A DNA stretch of 64,000 bases from positions 47,430,001 to 47,494,000 of the forward strand of contig NC_059429.1 of the NCBI RefSeq assembly GCF_021028975.2. Direction: 5' to 3'. Source of the DNA: Sphaerodactylus townsendi (Eukaryota). The notes beneath the pieces are model-generated. The model was not told where the DNA came from and made no database searches. It saw only the letters and a program-made list of their open reading frames with translations. Below, in pieces: positions 14,753 to 28,735 of the stretch; within the stretch, counting starts at the first letter, position 1, and the number at the start of each line of letters is the position of its first letter. The position numbers and the translations under genes were made by a program.

Positions 14753-14990
14753 TGGAGAGCCAGCGTGGTGTAGTGATTAAGAGCAGGTGGTCTCTAATCT
14801 GGAGAACCAGATTTGATTCCTTGCTGCTCCACATGAGCAGTGCAGTCTTATGTGGTGAACCAGATTTGGTTTCCCACTCCTACATTTTGCTAGGTGTTCT
14901 TGGGCTAGTCTCAGTTACTCACTCTGCCCCACCTACCTCACAAGGTATCTGTTGTGGGGAGAGGAAGGAAAGGAGTTTGTAAGCCCCTTC
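14753..14990 (+). mobile_element. tRNA-derived SINE (diverged)
   Basis: A box tggtgtagtgatt, B box gatttgattcc, body cccacctacctcacaagg; related to the copies at 27290 and 41827. Confidence 0.7.
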
Positions 14991-17823
14991 TGTGGATTCC
15001 ACATGGTACAAATATAATATCCTCAGGCATTATGTAGCATTTGGGGAAGAACTTTGCACAGATCTCTTCCCCAAAATGACTCAGGCCCGTCATATTTCTC
15101 TTAATCCGGGTTTTAAAAAAATAACTAAACTAGTGATCCTTTTGCACAATCCCAGGTGGGAGATGCTCCCACGTGAACATAACAGGCAGGAGATGCTTTC
15201 TTTTGGTCCCTTCCACCTGTTCACTTCAGGTCCCTATCCGTGGACCATTTCAGGAAGAATCTGCCCACTCGCCATTCTGTGCAGTTCACTCAGCACATTG
15301 TGGGCAGATTCTTTGAGCACCCACCATTTCACAAGTCTTCCAAGCATGTTTTATTCCCATGGCAGTGGGTATTACCACCACTGCACTTATAGATCTACAG
15401 CAACACATTCATTATTGCCTGGCCATTGCACAGAAGTCCTTTTTTCTCTTTTTTATGTTGTGTGTTGACCATGCAAACCTATGCAGTGGCAGCCAATCAG
15501 AGTGCAGGACAATCAACATGGCTGTAGGGGTTCATTTCTGTATGCCTTCACAGCTACACATGCATTGCACACACAAAAAGGTGTTTCCATGGGAAGGCAC
15601 GAAAGCAACCTGAATTGTTTCAATGGGATCCAGTTGCTTCCTGAACACATAAAGGGCACACATGTGAATGGAAAAAAAGGAAAATAGGTTTATTTATAGC
15701 AAATGTAACTTACAAATATGCTGTGTGGCATCTAACTTTTAGTCTCCTTATAGAAGAGAAAGGAAGTATAAATTCAAACTCTTTTACTACTATTTTAAAA
15801 CCATAAAAGTATAGATGTATTTGAAAGGATCTAAAAGGAGGAAGACAAAATTTTCCCTTCTTAAGTGTGAAATACCTTAATATGACAGTTTGGGATCCAG
15901 AGCCAAAGGATGTGTCATCTTTGAGATTCTTCTCATTAAATTTGATGTGCCAGTATAGTGGTTAGATAGTCCGATTGGAATCTGGAAGACCCCAGTTCAA
16001 ATACCTTCTCTACCATGGAAGCTTGCTGGTTGACCTTGGTTAACCTTGTGTAGTTCACGTTGTGAACAGGTGGCGTGAAAAAACAAGAGTATGTGCTGAA
16101 TTTTGTATTGAAATGTCTAGGCTCCTTGGCAGAAAGTAAATAAAAAATAACTTATTATTGTGTGTTAAAATGCATTTTAAGAATCTTGCAGAAAAAAAGA
16201 AATAGCTGCAAGTAAAAAGAACATTGTTAATAGAACATTATTTCTGTATCTCTATAACAGCAGTTTCACTCTGTGAGATAAGCTACATTTATTCATCCAC
16301 AAAGTACAGATGCTAGCAAGACATTCCGATAGAGTGCTGTGAATAGAACAATCAAAATTATTGGTACTAAGGGCACTCAAAGTTGTTTGCATAAAAAAAA
16401 AAGTGTCATCAGATACCAGGCGTAGTTTATGGTGTCACTTGGCACTTTGGTGTGGAGCAAAAGACCAACATGCAAGAGAACAATTGATCATGCCAGTGCT
16501 GTAGGTGCCTGAGCCAGAACCTTCTTTTAAAAACTGACCAAGCAATGAGATCATGTCAGTCAGTCTGGTGCAGAAAAAAGGAAAATAATATGTAATAGTA
16601 ACTGAGTTAGGTATGTCGTCTGGCATAAAGTTTAGATATTTGAGGGTTTTCGCTATAAATCCTTGATTTAAGAAAATTGTGAATAGAGTCATGGAACATT
16701 TGAGTGGGTGTCCTAAGACAGCTGAATGAGTCTATGGAGAAATAAATTATAAAACTCTTAAGTAATAGCACTCTCTTAAAAAACACAGAGGAACAACGAA
16801 TGAGAAGGATCAGAAAAGATCTGGGGAAATAGATTTTTAAAAATGTTTTGTTCTAGTATTTGAAATGTAAAGAAAGGAATATTTAATGCAATATTTATTC
16901 AACAATCTTGAACAACTTTTTCTCTGACAGATGAGTGACTGCTTTTAAACACTGTGTTTAAAACCGTTGCAAAATCCCCTGGCCATGACACCCTTTTACT
17001 TTGGTATACATGACTAGTTCTCCACCCTAAGGTGCTGGCAATGCTACTAGGGATAGCGTTGTGGTAGGAAGCAAAATGTGTAGTTTATGCTCACCGTTGC
17101 CTCCCAAATCCATGTATCCATCAGCTGTATTTGAGGTGACCCTCTGAGGTGCTTGCTGGCAATGCTGCAGGGGCATAGTACAACCTTTATCATTCCCCTT
17201 CCCTTTATTTGCTAGCATAGTGACATCTTTATCAGCAGACAGTGCAGTTTTTTTCCCCAGTTCTTGGGCCAAAATATTGCCTACCTCTTCCCTAGATTAA
17301 AAGGAAGTAATTGCAATAGTAGTTTGTTTGGATTATTAAACAAACAACACTGTCAGAACTCAGTATTTTAAAGTACTTTCAAAAGCTGCAAAATACAACG
17401 CATCTTTAGGCATTTAGTCCCAATTATGAGTCTGCCAAGTGCATTACTGCCACAATATGATAGCAAGAACTTTGCACTGCTCAACCTCTGCCTCCTTTTG
17501 CTTCTCACTCACTTTGGAATCCCCCTTGTCCCACATCAAGTAAAAAAATACTCAAAACCCAAGGAACATGCTAACATGAAACAATTGAGAAGTTAATTTC
17601 ATGTAAACAGTTTGTTTTCTAAAGACTAGTTCCACACAGAACACTTTCCTTTATGTTGGGTAGATTGCCATACTGTGATCTCTTGATCCTAGAGTTGTTG
17701 TCCTTTTAAACAGATGCTTAATGTGTGGAAATGGGCAACTAAACCTTTTCATGACATGGAGGTAATTATCATCACCTGGTAAATAACATCCTACTAAACC
17801 TCTGTGAACACTTTCCTCTAGGC

Positions 17824-17960
17824 CATTGGTGGCGAACCTTTGGCACTACATATGTTATGGACTACAATTCCCATCAGCCCCTAACAGCATGGCCGATTGG
17901 CAGGGGCTGATGGGAATTGTAGTCCATAACATCTGGAGTGCCAAAGGTTCGCCACCACGG
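17824..17960. mobile_element. Palindromic hAT-Charlie-like MITE
   Basis: Hairpin-forming arms; TSD CTCTAGGC (17816-17823, 17961-17968); same family as 41213-41358. Confidence 0.85.
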
Positions 17961-18308
17961 CTCTAGGCAGTTGGCAAGCTTGTTGTTTCCTCCTTTGACA
18001 CACACATATGAATTCTGACTTTCTGTAGTAAACATCTGCCAGTATGTTCTGTTGTTTATTTGGAGTCTACTAATCATTTGGTGGTGCAGAAAAAATTGTT
18101 CCTCTATGGAAATGGTTGTTTGCAAGCTATTGACCAGCCTGGGAATGCATACAAACTCTTCCTTCTTCCTTTTCTCTGCTGTCAACTTTTCTCAGTCTTA
18201 ATAGTTGGGTTTGGATTGGAATAGGGTTACTGTCTCTTGGAAGACACATTTGCAGTACTTTCTGGCGATAACAGTGAGGAAGTTGAGGAGGAGCCCATAG
18301 AGAATTAT

Positions 18309-20016
18309 TCATTCATTCATCCACCTTTTATTGGCATGAATAGAAGAAATACAAGGGTTAAAAGAAATAAAATTAATTAAGATAAAAAGTGTTCAGACAT
18401 CATAATTAGTTAAAAGATAGTTGGATAGAACCTGGATCGAATCTGCTGAGCCAGTGCCAGATATTTTGCTACGTCCAAAGATCTCTGTGGATGTCGGTCA
18501 CAGAGCAAGTGTGAAAGTCTTGGCCTTGTCCGATGATAAGACACAGTTCTCAATATGAAGATCAATATACTGTCTTCTGAGCTGAGAGTATAGATCACAG
18601 TCTAAAAGGACATGTTCAACTGTTTCAATGACCTTCTGTGGGCAGGGAGATCTTCTTTGATGATAGGGGGTCCTATGAAACCTGCCTTTTAGGACCGCTG
18701 AGGGAAGCCCATTCAGTCGTGCCAGCATTAAAATATGTCTGAGATAAGGCAAAGATAGGTTAATAGAATACCTCGGTAGGCCCCTATTGAGAGGGGGAGG
18801 ATTAAGACCCTCGGGTAGAATGTCTTTCATGTAATGGGGGGATAATAATTGAATTTCTGCATCAATTAGCCTTTGCGACAATAGGCTGACCATTTGTGCT
18901 TCATCCATTTTGTTAAAAAAATCCAATGCGAAGCCATCAAGTTTACTTTAGTCATTATATGGACACTCCAGGAGGAAAGGAATGAATCAGAAAACATTCT
19001 CTTGGTTAGACTATCCTGTTTAGATCAATTATGCAGGTGCAGCCAGTATCAAAACAAGTATAGCCATATTCGTGTCTCAAGTAGATTTAAGCCCATTTCA
19101 GAACACAAAGAAAATATGATACGCTATTGGAAATGCCGAGAAGTTTGCGTAGAAAGCTTTATTGTATTCTCTCAAGGGGCTTTAACTTGTTATTTAGCCA
19201 AATAGAGGCACCATACAAGGCTTGTGAGATCAATCTGCCACCAAAGGCTCTTGCTGCTGGAATGCATTGGCCACCTTGGGTGTAAAAAAAAGCCTTATTG
19301 CTGCTGCACACTGGTTGGCAGAAGAAAAGATGTGATTATACTGAGCAGTCTAGTTCAGGTTGTATTGGAAGCAAATGCCCAGGTAGTTGAAATTTTTAAC
19401 AGATCAATTTGGTTCCCATTGATAGACCATGGTGTTGGCTTCCACGTTTTAGAGAACACCATAATTTTGGCCTTATCATAGTTAATTGTGAGTTGGTTAT
19501 ATTCGCAATAGGCAGCGAAGGCATGGAGTAGACGTTTCAATCCTACCTTGGTGCGAGAGAGTAGGACTGTGTCATCAGCATACAATAGTATGGCTAAGGG
19601 GGTGTTGCCTAGGATAGGAGAATGAACTCCAATAGTTGGAAGGGAGTTTGGAAGGTTATGCAAAAACAGATTGAAAAGCAAGGGGGCAAGGATACAACCT
19701 TGTTTGACCCCTTTATTGGAAATTATTTCAGGGGAGCAAAGGCCAGAAGAGTTGCAGTGGATGCTGCATGTGGTTGAAATATAAAGTTTTTGGATGACAT
19801 AAAGTAGGCGGTTCTCTATGCTCAGGTCTCTCAGCTTGTTCCAAAGAAGTTGCCTAGGGATAGAATTGAAGGTGCTCTTTAGGTCGAGGAATGCAACATG
19901 TACCCCAGTATTCTTAACTTTGCCGTATTTCTTGGCAAGATGTCTCAGGACCATGCAATGATTGTATGTGGAATGGCCCTTGATAAAACCAATTTGTTCA
20001 GGTCCCAGCAGAGGAA
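18309..20016 (-). mobile_element. 5'-truncated RTE-X-like LINE (RT plus C-terminal zinc-knuckle region)
   Basis: ORF 19355-20020 has EQIGF, FLDLKSTF, GVKQGCILAPLLFNL and LLYADD; ORF 18498-18926 has GRFHRTPYHQRR..C....ETVEHVLLDCDLY; (TGAA)n tail; 14-bp TSD CCATAGAGAATTAT (18295-18308, 20017-20030). Confidence 0.85.
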
Positions 20017-20339
20017 CCATAGAGAATTATATATTCAACTATAATTATTGCATGAATTTACACAGTTCCTTCATATCAAGCAGAACCACCTACACACAAT
20101 GTCTAATGCAGACCGTTCAGCAATTGTCACATGAAAGCAAGAAATTCATAAATAGCAGATAACTCAATCAAGTGAATCCAATTAAACAATTCAGATCATG
20201 TCAGATGATGACATATGGTATATTATTCAGAAATTAAGCATTAGAATTGGATTCTGGGCTGTGGGGTTTCTGGGCTGTTCTAAGCATTAGAATGCTTTCT
20301 AGAAATCTTTACTCATCTATTATAGATGGACAAAATTCC

Positions 20340-20762
20340 CCATTAATATGTATGCATGTGGAAATTGGGCAATGAAGAAAATTGATACAAAGAAGGATTC
20401 TTTTGAAATGTGGTGATAGAGGAGAGTTTTATAGATACTGTGGACCACCAAAGAGACAAATAGATGAGTTCTAGATCAAATCAAGCTTAAACTCTCCTAG
20501 AAGCAATGATGACTAAACTGAGGGTATTGTACTTTGGTCACATCATGAGAAGAAGAGAGTCATTAGAAAAGATAATAACGCTTGGAAAAGTTGAAGGCAT
20601 TAGGAAAAGAGAAAGTCACAGCATGATGTAGATTGACTCTATAAAGGAAACAACAATTTTCAAGATCTGAGCAGGGCTATTAACAATTGGACATTTTGAA
20701 GGACATTGATTAATAGTGTCGTTGTGAGTTGAAAGCAACTTGACAGAACTTAACACACACAA
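20340..20762 (+). mobile_element. RTE-BovB-like LINE 3' fragment
   Basis: Degenerate MY.C..W..KK.D..K.DSFEMW..R.....W and YFGHIMRR motifs; ends gcaacttgacagaacttaacacacac. Confidence 0.7.
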
Positions 20763-20980
20763 AACCAAGGCTGAACCAATCCCAAGGATAGTCAGTGAAT
20801 CAGTGGCACAGATCTCAAAATGCTGGTGCAGCAGCTCACTCAAAGTAAGTTTTGTCCTAGTTTGGGATAAAATGGTAAGTTTTAAGCAAGGAATTCAGTA
20901 TACAGAAAATATTTACCCATTGCACATCCCCCCCCACACACACACACACAAACTCAAAGAAACATTTTATCTTCTCTTTA

Positions 20981-22156
20981 CAAGGACGTAGGTAAGGGGG
21001 GGTTCTTGGGTTTAACGCCCCCATTACATGTCCAAAGCTCCGTGCCCCGTTTGTGGGGTTTTTGTATTTTTAAAGTGTTTTTTTCTATTTTTGGCCTGCA
21101 GGGAGCGCAGTTTTAAAGCTAGCAGCACCACAATTTCAGGGATTTGTTGGGAGACACACATGATGATAACACCCAGGTTTGGTGAGGTTTGGTTCAGGGG
21201 GTCCAAAGTTATGGACTCCCAAAGGGGGTGCCCCCATCCCCCATTGTTTCCAATGGAAGCTAATAGGAGATGGGGGCTACACATTTGAGGGTGCATAACT
21301 TTGGCTCCCATGAACCAAACTTCTCCAAACCTGGGTGGTATCATCAGGAGAGTCTCCTACTGATACCACCCAGGTTTTGTAAAATTGGTCTAGGGGGTCC
21401 AAAGCTATGGACTCCCAAAGGGTGGGAGCTAATAGGAGATGGGGGCTACACATTTGAGATCCATAACTTTGGCCCCCATGAATCAAACTTCACCAAACCT
21501 GGGTGGTATCATCAGGAGAGTCCCCTAATGATACCCTAAAAGTTTGGTGCTGCTAGCTTAACAATTGCACCCCTGACAGCAGGCACCCCCCAAATTCCCC
21601 CAGATTCTCCTTTTAAATCCACCTCCTTCGGCATGGATTTAAAGGGAGAATGTGAGGTCCCCAGTTTAAACATTTAAAATGATGCTGTTTAAGGGTGGGG
21701 GATAATCCACCCCAAAACAGCATAACTTTCAATGTTGTTTTAACTGGGAACCCCAGATGCTCCCTTTACGGTGGATTTAAAAGGAGAATCTGGACTCCCT
21801 AGTTTAAACTCCATTGAAAGTGATGATGTTTGGGGATGGATTCCAGCATCACAGTGGCCGCCCATGTGGGGGAGGGGGTGCGCAAAACTCAGATTTTGCA
21901 CTGGGCTCCATTTTCCCTAACTATACCTCTGCCCATAGGAGAGGGTAGAAGAGACTGCTGGCTGGGAGCCCAGCCAGTGGTGGAGGGTGGGGGGGCGGGG
22001 CAGGGCAGGGGAGCCGTCCCTGGCCTCAGAGAGCTGCTTTTATAAGCACTGAGGCCGGGGTGGGCCTGGGGAGGCGTAGCCACACACCCCAGGGGCAGGT
22101 GGGGGTATGGCCATGCCCCTGAACACCCCCATAAAAAATCTATACCTTCGTCCCTG
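20981..22156. mobile_element. Non-autonomous hAT element with tandem palindromic modules
   Basis: TIR CAAGGACGTAGGTA / TACCTTCGTCCCTG; 7/8 TSD TCTCTTTA vs CCTCTTTA; same family as 26837-28318, in opposite orientation. Confidence 0.88.
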
Positions 22157-24569
22157 CCTCTTTATAATGTATAAGTGCATTCTCACTCTCTCAAACCCAT
22201 GCACAAAATAAAGGCACATTCTTTCTCATGCTTACACACCCATACACTCTCTCCCTTGGACACTGTTCCCCCCCCCCCCCTTACTTGAATGCTGCTTCTG
22301 CTCGTTTCTTACCTTCTGCTGCTGATAGCTGACTTGGCTCTGTGCCTGACATCTGCAGCACACTCTTCCTCTACTGCTTCCTTCATCCCTGACACCAGGA
22401 TGGTCAGTGAGCACAGCAAGTGGCCTTGGCTAGCAGCCAGAAGGATCGTGTGGGAGCAGCATGGCTGGCTGAAGCCACTGCTGGGCTTTGGTGGGGGCAG
22501 ATGATTTGAAGGAGCCAAAGGAGAACCAGTGCAGCTTCACCTCACTGTCTTTGCTGACTGTTTTCCTCCTCGCCATGAGAAGCTCTATGAGCAGCCCGGA
22601 GAACTGAGGGAGACAGCCAGTCAGATTCCACTTGGCCACTGCTTGCAGTATATCTGCGAAGGGCCTTGGTGGCCATTTATGCATGCAGGGCTTACATCAT
22701 ACCTGTTTGCTTCACAGTGGGTTTTTTCTGCAGTTTTTTGTTTAAACAAGAAATTCTGCTTTGAAGTGTCCCCAGTCAAGCTGATCCTCCATTTTGGCCG
22801 TCCCCACTTCCTTGTTCTATCCGTGCAACCTCCAGCTGGGAGGTTGCCTGCTGCCCCTTTTTTTGGGGGGGGGGGTTGTCTTTGGTTTAGCATTGATTTG
22901 CTAGACCATGTAAGTTCTAGGTCAATTTCAAAGGTCTGTTGCTCAAGCAATAGACCCTCAGTGTGAACATAATAATAGTAATAAAAACAAATGTCGCTGT
23001 GACAAAGCTCTGAAGGTGCCAGCCATAGGAGCAAAAACTAACAGACCACAATACACAACCCGGAAAACTCACAAACACCAAAAACCCACCCTTTTGATCC
23101 TTCTGAAGTGGTCCCAGAAGAACAGGAAGAATTGTTGGTGCGTGGCAAGGAAAGCCAGGAGGACCGAGAAAACCTGAAGAAAGCAAAACACATGTTGATT
23201 CTCTTCCCTCTTCCTGCAAATGGAAAGGAAAAGCCACAGTTTCAGAGGTTCAGAAACCATGGAGATTATCTGAACTGATGCGTGGTGAGTTCTGGAGAGG
23301 AGATAACGTATGTGTATCTGAGAATCTAATCCAAAGGGAATGAATGGTCAATGCAGAGGAGACCACAAGTGTATAACTGGCCAGAGTCTCTATCTGCAAC
23401 TCATTTTTCTGGTACACATTATCCAGTACATCTGTGTTATTGCTATTGCTATTTAGGCAATAACTGTGCTATTGCTATTTCCAGGAAGGAAAAAGGCAGG
23501 CAAGCAGGTGAGCAGTGACTTCTGAGCACCATTGCTGTTCACACATTCATTTGCCCAGACAAGTGAGTAGCAATGGCAGCCAAGAGGAGCAACTACTTCA
23601 ACTTGCCCACTCACCTGTCTCCTTGAGCAGCAGTAGAAGGCCTGACACTGGAACCTTCCTTCCAATACCAGGACTGAGCTGTCTTCCCTTTCTTGGTGCA
23701 TTTGCCAACATTCATCCCTGTGCTTTCTGTTAAGAGGGTTCATCATGTGCATATGAAACATCTACTTAGTTTACTTGAAGAGCATTGTGGGTGACACATT
23801 CTCCTTGACCTTTAACAATAAACAGAAATGATGAATTTAATATTGGAGTAGCCTTTAATAATATTTTAAGCCAATAAGACACAGAACAGAATAAAGTAAA
23901 TAATATCCTAAATATTAAATTATTTAATTTTCCACTGAAACTGGGTTTTGACTTGGATAAACAAGAAATGAAATGAAAGTGCCAAAATACCACAAGAGTG
24001 TCTGCTGTTGTCTGGCCCAACCAGAAGCAGGAAATTCTTGTAAGATCCTGTCTCCTGAGATTGTCAGCCAGCTCTGAGGCTTGCCTGTTGCTAGTTACTA
24101 GAGAGCTAGGAATGTAGCTGAATGCAGCATCTCTGAAAATGTAAAATGTAATGGGTAGCTAGACATCTTTTTTGCATTGTTAAGGAAATGGCCCTTGGGT
24201 TTTTACTTTCTCTTCTAACATGTGGTACAATTTGCTTGTGCTGAGCCATCTGGCTTTATTTTGCTAAGCTTTGCTGCTCATCCTGCAGTTAACCTAGAGC
24301 CCTCCTGGGGTAGACAGCAAAAGGGATTCAATTTGTATTTCTGGCCTGAAAACAGTTACATTAGCAGAAGGATTTAAAATTGTGCTAGAAGCACAGTAAT
24401 GATAGAATTGCCCAGTGGGAAATTCAAATTTATCATTTCTGAACATTTCATCGCAAGCCTCCCCCAGATCAGAAGAGCCAAGCTATGAGTTATGAACAGG
24501 ATAGAGAAACAGGGGTAGAAACAAAGTGGAAAGAAACTTTGTAGGTCTGATCATTTGGCAAGGGGATGC

Positions 24570-25147
24570 CACCATTATGCACCCACTTCACATGCTTAAC
24601 TATGAAGTACTTTGTAGTGCCACACCTCTTAACATCAACTCTGAAGAGATCCAGCTAGCTTTAGCCAAAGCCAGGGCCTTTTTGGCTCTGGCTCCAACCT
24701 GGTAGAACAGTCTGACTAGTGAGATCCGGGCCCTGTGGGAAATAGTACAGTTTTGCAGGGCCTGCAAGACAGAGCTGTTCCACCAGGCATATGGTTGAGG
24801 CAGCTATGGTTGTTACATCTAGGCTTCCCTCTCCCTTCCCTTTCGCCTACCCTCTTTGTTCCCCTTTTCCCCCCCTTTTTTTGTTTCCCCCCCTTTTCTT
24901 TTTTTTCTTCCCTCGTTTTCCTTTCCTCTTTTCTCCCTCAATTGGAATTAAGGGGAAGTGCCATCTGAATGCCATTTAAAATGCCATCTTGAGATGGAAT
25001 GGTTGGATTAAGTTTTAAAGTTTTAATAGTTGTGAATTTAAATTAAATTATATTTTAACTGTTATAAGGATTTGTTGATGTTAGAAATCACCCTGAGCCT
25101 GTATAGGAAGGGGTAGTATACAAACCTAATAAAATAAATAAATAAAA
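24570..25147 (+). mobile_element. L2-like LINE 3' end
   Basis: gccagggcctttttggctctggctccaacctggtagaac...gagctgttccaccagg block shared with ~14040-14160; pyrimidine tract; (TAAA)n tail. Confidence 0.65.
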
Positions 25148-26836
25148 ATTACCTACATGAAGCATTTTAAGGACCAGCACCTAACTTTCTTCATTATCCT
25201 GCTATTCAGATTTTCAGTACAACCGACCTAGAGCTACTTGCCAGCCTTTGGTGGCGCCTCAATAGGGTTCCCAACTCCAGGTTTGGAAATCCCTAAAGAT
25301 TTAGGGTTGATCTTGGGGAAGGCATATTGTGGAGAGGTGAGGACGCTCAGCAAAGATGGGATGCTACAAAATCAACCTTCTAAACATACTGTTCTTATGG
25401 CAGCAAAGTTTCTCACATCAGTTAGCTGAGATGGTGTAATGGCACAGAACCTTAGGAACAGTCCAGGTTCTCAGGGAAATGGTTGACATTGATAAACTCA
25501 AAGGCTAGGGAAAGTTATCAGTTTAGCTGGGATTGTATCCTTAGATTGGCCTTAGGGATAGAAAGATTAGGATAGGAAATGTGACTGAGAACTTGAAAGA
25601 AATCTCAGAAGAGAGAGAAGTTTAGGACACGTGAAAATAATAACAAAGGAAATGAGGCTCATAAAAGATGCAGGAAGTATGGTTGTATTTTGCAATTGAT
25701 TTGAACTAAACACAATTTCTTTGGCTGCAGGTTCTAATATTAAGGAACTGCCTGAAAAAAATCACGAGGCAGAACTAAACATGCAGGAAATAAGCTTTCC
25801 TTCATTATCTCTGCCCTCCAAAATTATGTAATGCCTCTTGAGTTCCTAAGTTTCATATTTTACTTTAATTGAAATATTTCAGCATCTGCATACAACCAGT
25901 CCTGTTTGGTTTTTTTAACTTTAAGATCCATTAGGTCGATAGTTTAATTGTAGGAGAAAATGTTCTGTGCTGGGTAAATATCCACTTCCATGAAGTATGT
26001 TAGTTCCAGATGTTAAACTGTTCTTTTTTTCAGAAGCCTTGTTAAGTTGCCAGACCATTTTGATTTTTGAAGGATTTTCCAAACCCCAGCTGATTATCAC
26101 AGCGTGTAGGAATCCAGACTCAGTTTGGCTATGAAGTCATTTCAGCAGCTGCAAAAAATATATGCAAAGAGACAGGTTCGTAGAACTATTCTCTGATGCC
26201 CTTAAAAGGTGAAATTAATCTCCCACTCCGTACAACATACTTTATTGCCTGGTACTTCATTGGCATTTCACTATGGGAAGTACACCATCAGAATCTATCA
26301 ATTGAATGGTGTCCTCACCATCAAGTGTACATGAAAACTGGAACAACTGTTGGAGAAGCGAGTGATGGAAGGTCAATATATTATGGCAACTCCCCATATC
26401 AAGCCATCAAGCCTCTAATGGTGCTGCACCAAGAAACCTGCCAGACAGCGCTATTACAGTGCATTCATAGTGCCTGCTATAGTCTCATCTCTGACTGAGA
26501 AATTATTGAGTGCTGCATCCTTAAGGAACTCACCACCTAAAGACAATATCTTTAAACAGCAACAACTTATAGACAAGGACTGTTATTCTAGTGGACTCTA
26601 CTTAGAATTGCCTCTTCCAGGATGACAGGGTAAATTTGTGCATCACTTATCAGGAATCTAAACCATTCTCAACTCTTTTACCTTTGTGTCAATGTCTTAC
26701 TATTTCCTTGGGTCACTGTGCATTCTTCATGCAGCATTAAACATTGCTTTTAGCGTTGGACAGATGGCTCCAACTGGAATTCTTTGGGATCCTGCTTGTG
26801 GAATAACTGGGTTGTGTGGTACATGTACATTGCAGT

Positions 26837-28318
26837 CAAGGACGTAGGTATAGATTTTTCATGAGGGGGGGTTCGGGGGGCCACACCCCCACCTGCCCCT
26901 AGGGCATGGCCATGCCTCCCCAAGCCCCGCCCCTCACCTAGCGCTTATAAAAGCAGCTCTCCGAGGTTGGGGATGGCAGACTGCCCTGCCCTGCCCTGCC
27001 CTGCCCCTCCACTCTGGGCAGAGGCATAGAGGGAAAATGGAGCCTGGTGCAAAATCTGAGTTTCGCACACACACACCCCGGGCAGCCGCTGTGATGCTGG
27101 AATCCACCCCCAAACAGCATCACTTTCAATGAATTAAGATTTAAACTAGAGAGCCCAAATTCTCCTTTTAAAATCCACCTTTAAAAGGGAGAAATCTGGG
27201 GTTCCTTAGTTAAACAACATTAGAGAAGTGATAGGCTGTTTGGGGTGGATTGCATCCCCACACCTGAAACAGCATCACTTTCTAATGTGTGAGTGGTTAA
27301 GAGCAGTGCATTCCTAATCTCTGGAGGAACCGGGTTTGGGATTCCCCTGTTCTGCCACTTACGAGCTATGGAGGCTTATCTGGGGAATTCTCATATTAGC
27401 CTGTGCACTCCCACACACGCCAGCTGGGTGACCTTTGGGCCTAGCTCACAGCTTTTTTGAGGCTCTCTCAGCTCCCACCCACCTCACAGGGTGTTTGTTG
27501 GTGAGGGAGCAAGGGCAAGGAAGATTGTAAGGGTCCCTTTGGAGTCTCCTACAGGAGAGAAAGGGAGTGATATAAATCCAAACTCCTTCTTCTTCTTCTA
27601 AACTGAGGACCTCAGATTCTCCCTTTAAATCCATGCCGAAGGGGGTGGATTTAAAAGGAGAATCTGGGGAAATTTGGGGGGTGCCTGCTGTCAGGGGTGC
27701 AATGGTTAAGCTAGAAGTACCAAACTTTCAGGGTATCTTTAGGAGTCTCTCCTAATGATACCACCCAGGTTTTGTGAAGTTTGGTTCAGGGGGTCCAAAG
27801 TTATGGACCCTCAAAGGTGTAGCCCCCATCTCCTATTAGCTCCCATTTAAAACAATGGAGGATGGGGGCACCCCCTTTGGGAGTCCATAGCTTTGGGCTC
27901 CCTAGACCAAACTTCACAAAACCTGGGTGGTATCAATAAAAAACTCTCCTGATAATACCTACCAGGTTTGGTGAAGTTTGGTTCAGGGTGTCCAAAGTTA
28001 TGGACCCTCAAAGGTGTAGCCCCCATCTTCTATTAGCTCCCATTGGAAACAATGGAGGATGGGGGCACCCCATTTGGGAGTCCATAACTTTGGACCCCCT
28101 GAACCAAACCTCACCAAACCCAGGTAGTATCATCAGGAGAGTCTCCCAAATAATCCCTGAAAGTTTGGTGCTGCTAGCCCAAACAATGCACCCCCTGCAG
28201 GCCAAAAACCGAAAAAGAACTAAAATGTTTTGAAAACCCACAAACGGAGGGGTGGAGCTTCGGACATGAATGGGGGGGAGGGTTCAAACCCGAGAACCCC
28301 CCCTTACCTACGTCCATG
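26837..28318. mobile_element. Non-autonomous hAT element with a nested SINE
   Basis: TIR CAAGGACGTAGGTA / TACCTACGTCCATG; perfect TSD ATTGCAGT (26829-26836, 28319-28326). Confidence 0.9.
27290..27598 (+). mobile_element. tRNA-derived SINE with (TCT)n tail, nested in the hAT element
   Basis: Colinear with the reverse complement of 41827-42129; absent from the sister element 20981-22156. Confidence 0.8.
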
Positions 28319-28735
28319 ATTGCAGTCCTGAATAGTGTACATTATAAGTTCAGTAACTTGGATGGACTTAGAAGGGTGTGACTCTGTTTAGGATGCACTT
28401 CAGATCACCCTGAGATATACTGATTTTGATGTCTGCTGAATGTCCTCCTATGTGGAAAGAAGATTAAATTCTTCTGTAAACGTTTGTTCTACTGGTAGAT
28501 AAAACGACACCCTACAATTCCAGTCATTGTCTTTTGAAACAATCCTGGCTGACTCATATAGTGAAAAGAGTAAGAAATTGGTTGAGAGTTCATCTTTTTG
28601 AGTATATTTCTCATTCATACCTTGTTCTTTCCACTGTAGTTAACCTGGATTGGAACCTTTCTAGGAACTACGAAATATCTCATTATCTCACGTTTATTAG
28701 CTTGCCTACACAGTCCTGGAGATGAATGTCCTTTT

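Noticed and set aside
21110-21560. Repeated palindromic units resembling a CRISPR or REP array
   Set aside because: No unique spacers, no cas genes, vertebrate context; lies inside a TIR/TSD-bounded hAT element
22430-22684. Histone H3-like words (MARRKT, ATKALRR) on the minus strand
   Set aside because: Different frames, wrong order, too short; treated as chance
26180-26760. Possible very old Penelope RT fragment
   Set aside because: Motif similarity too faint to support without an HMM search
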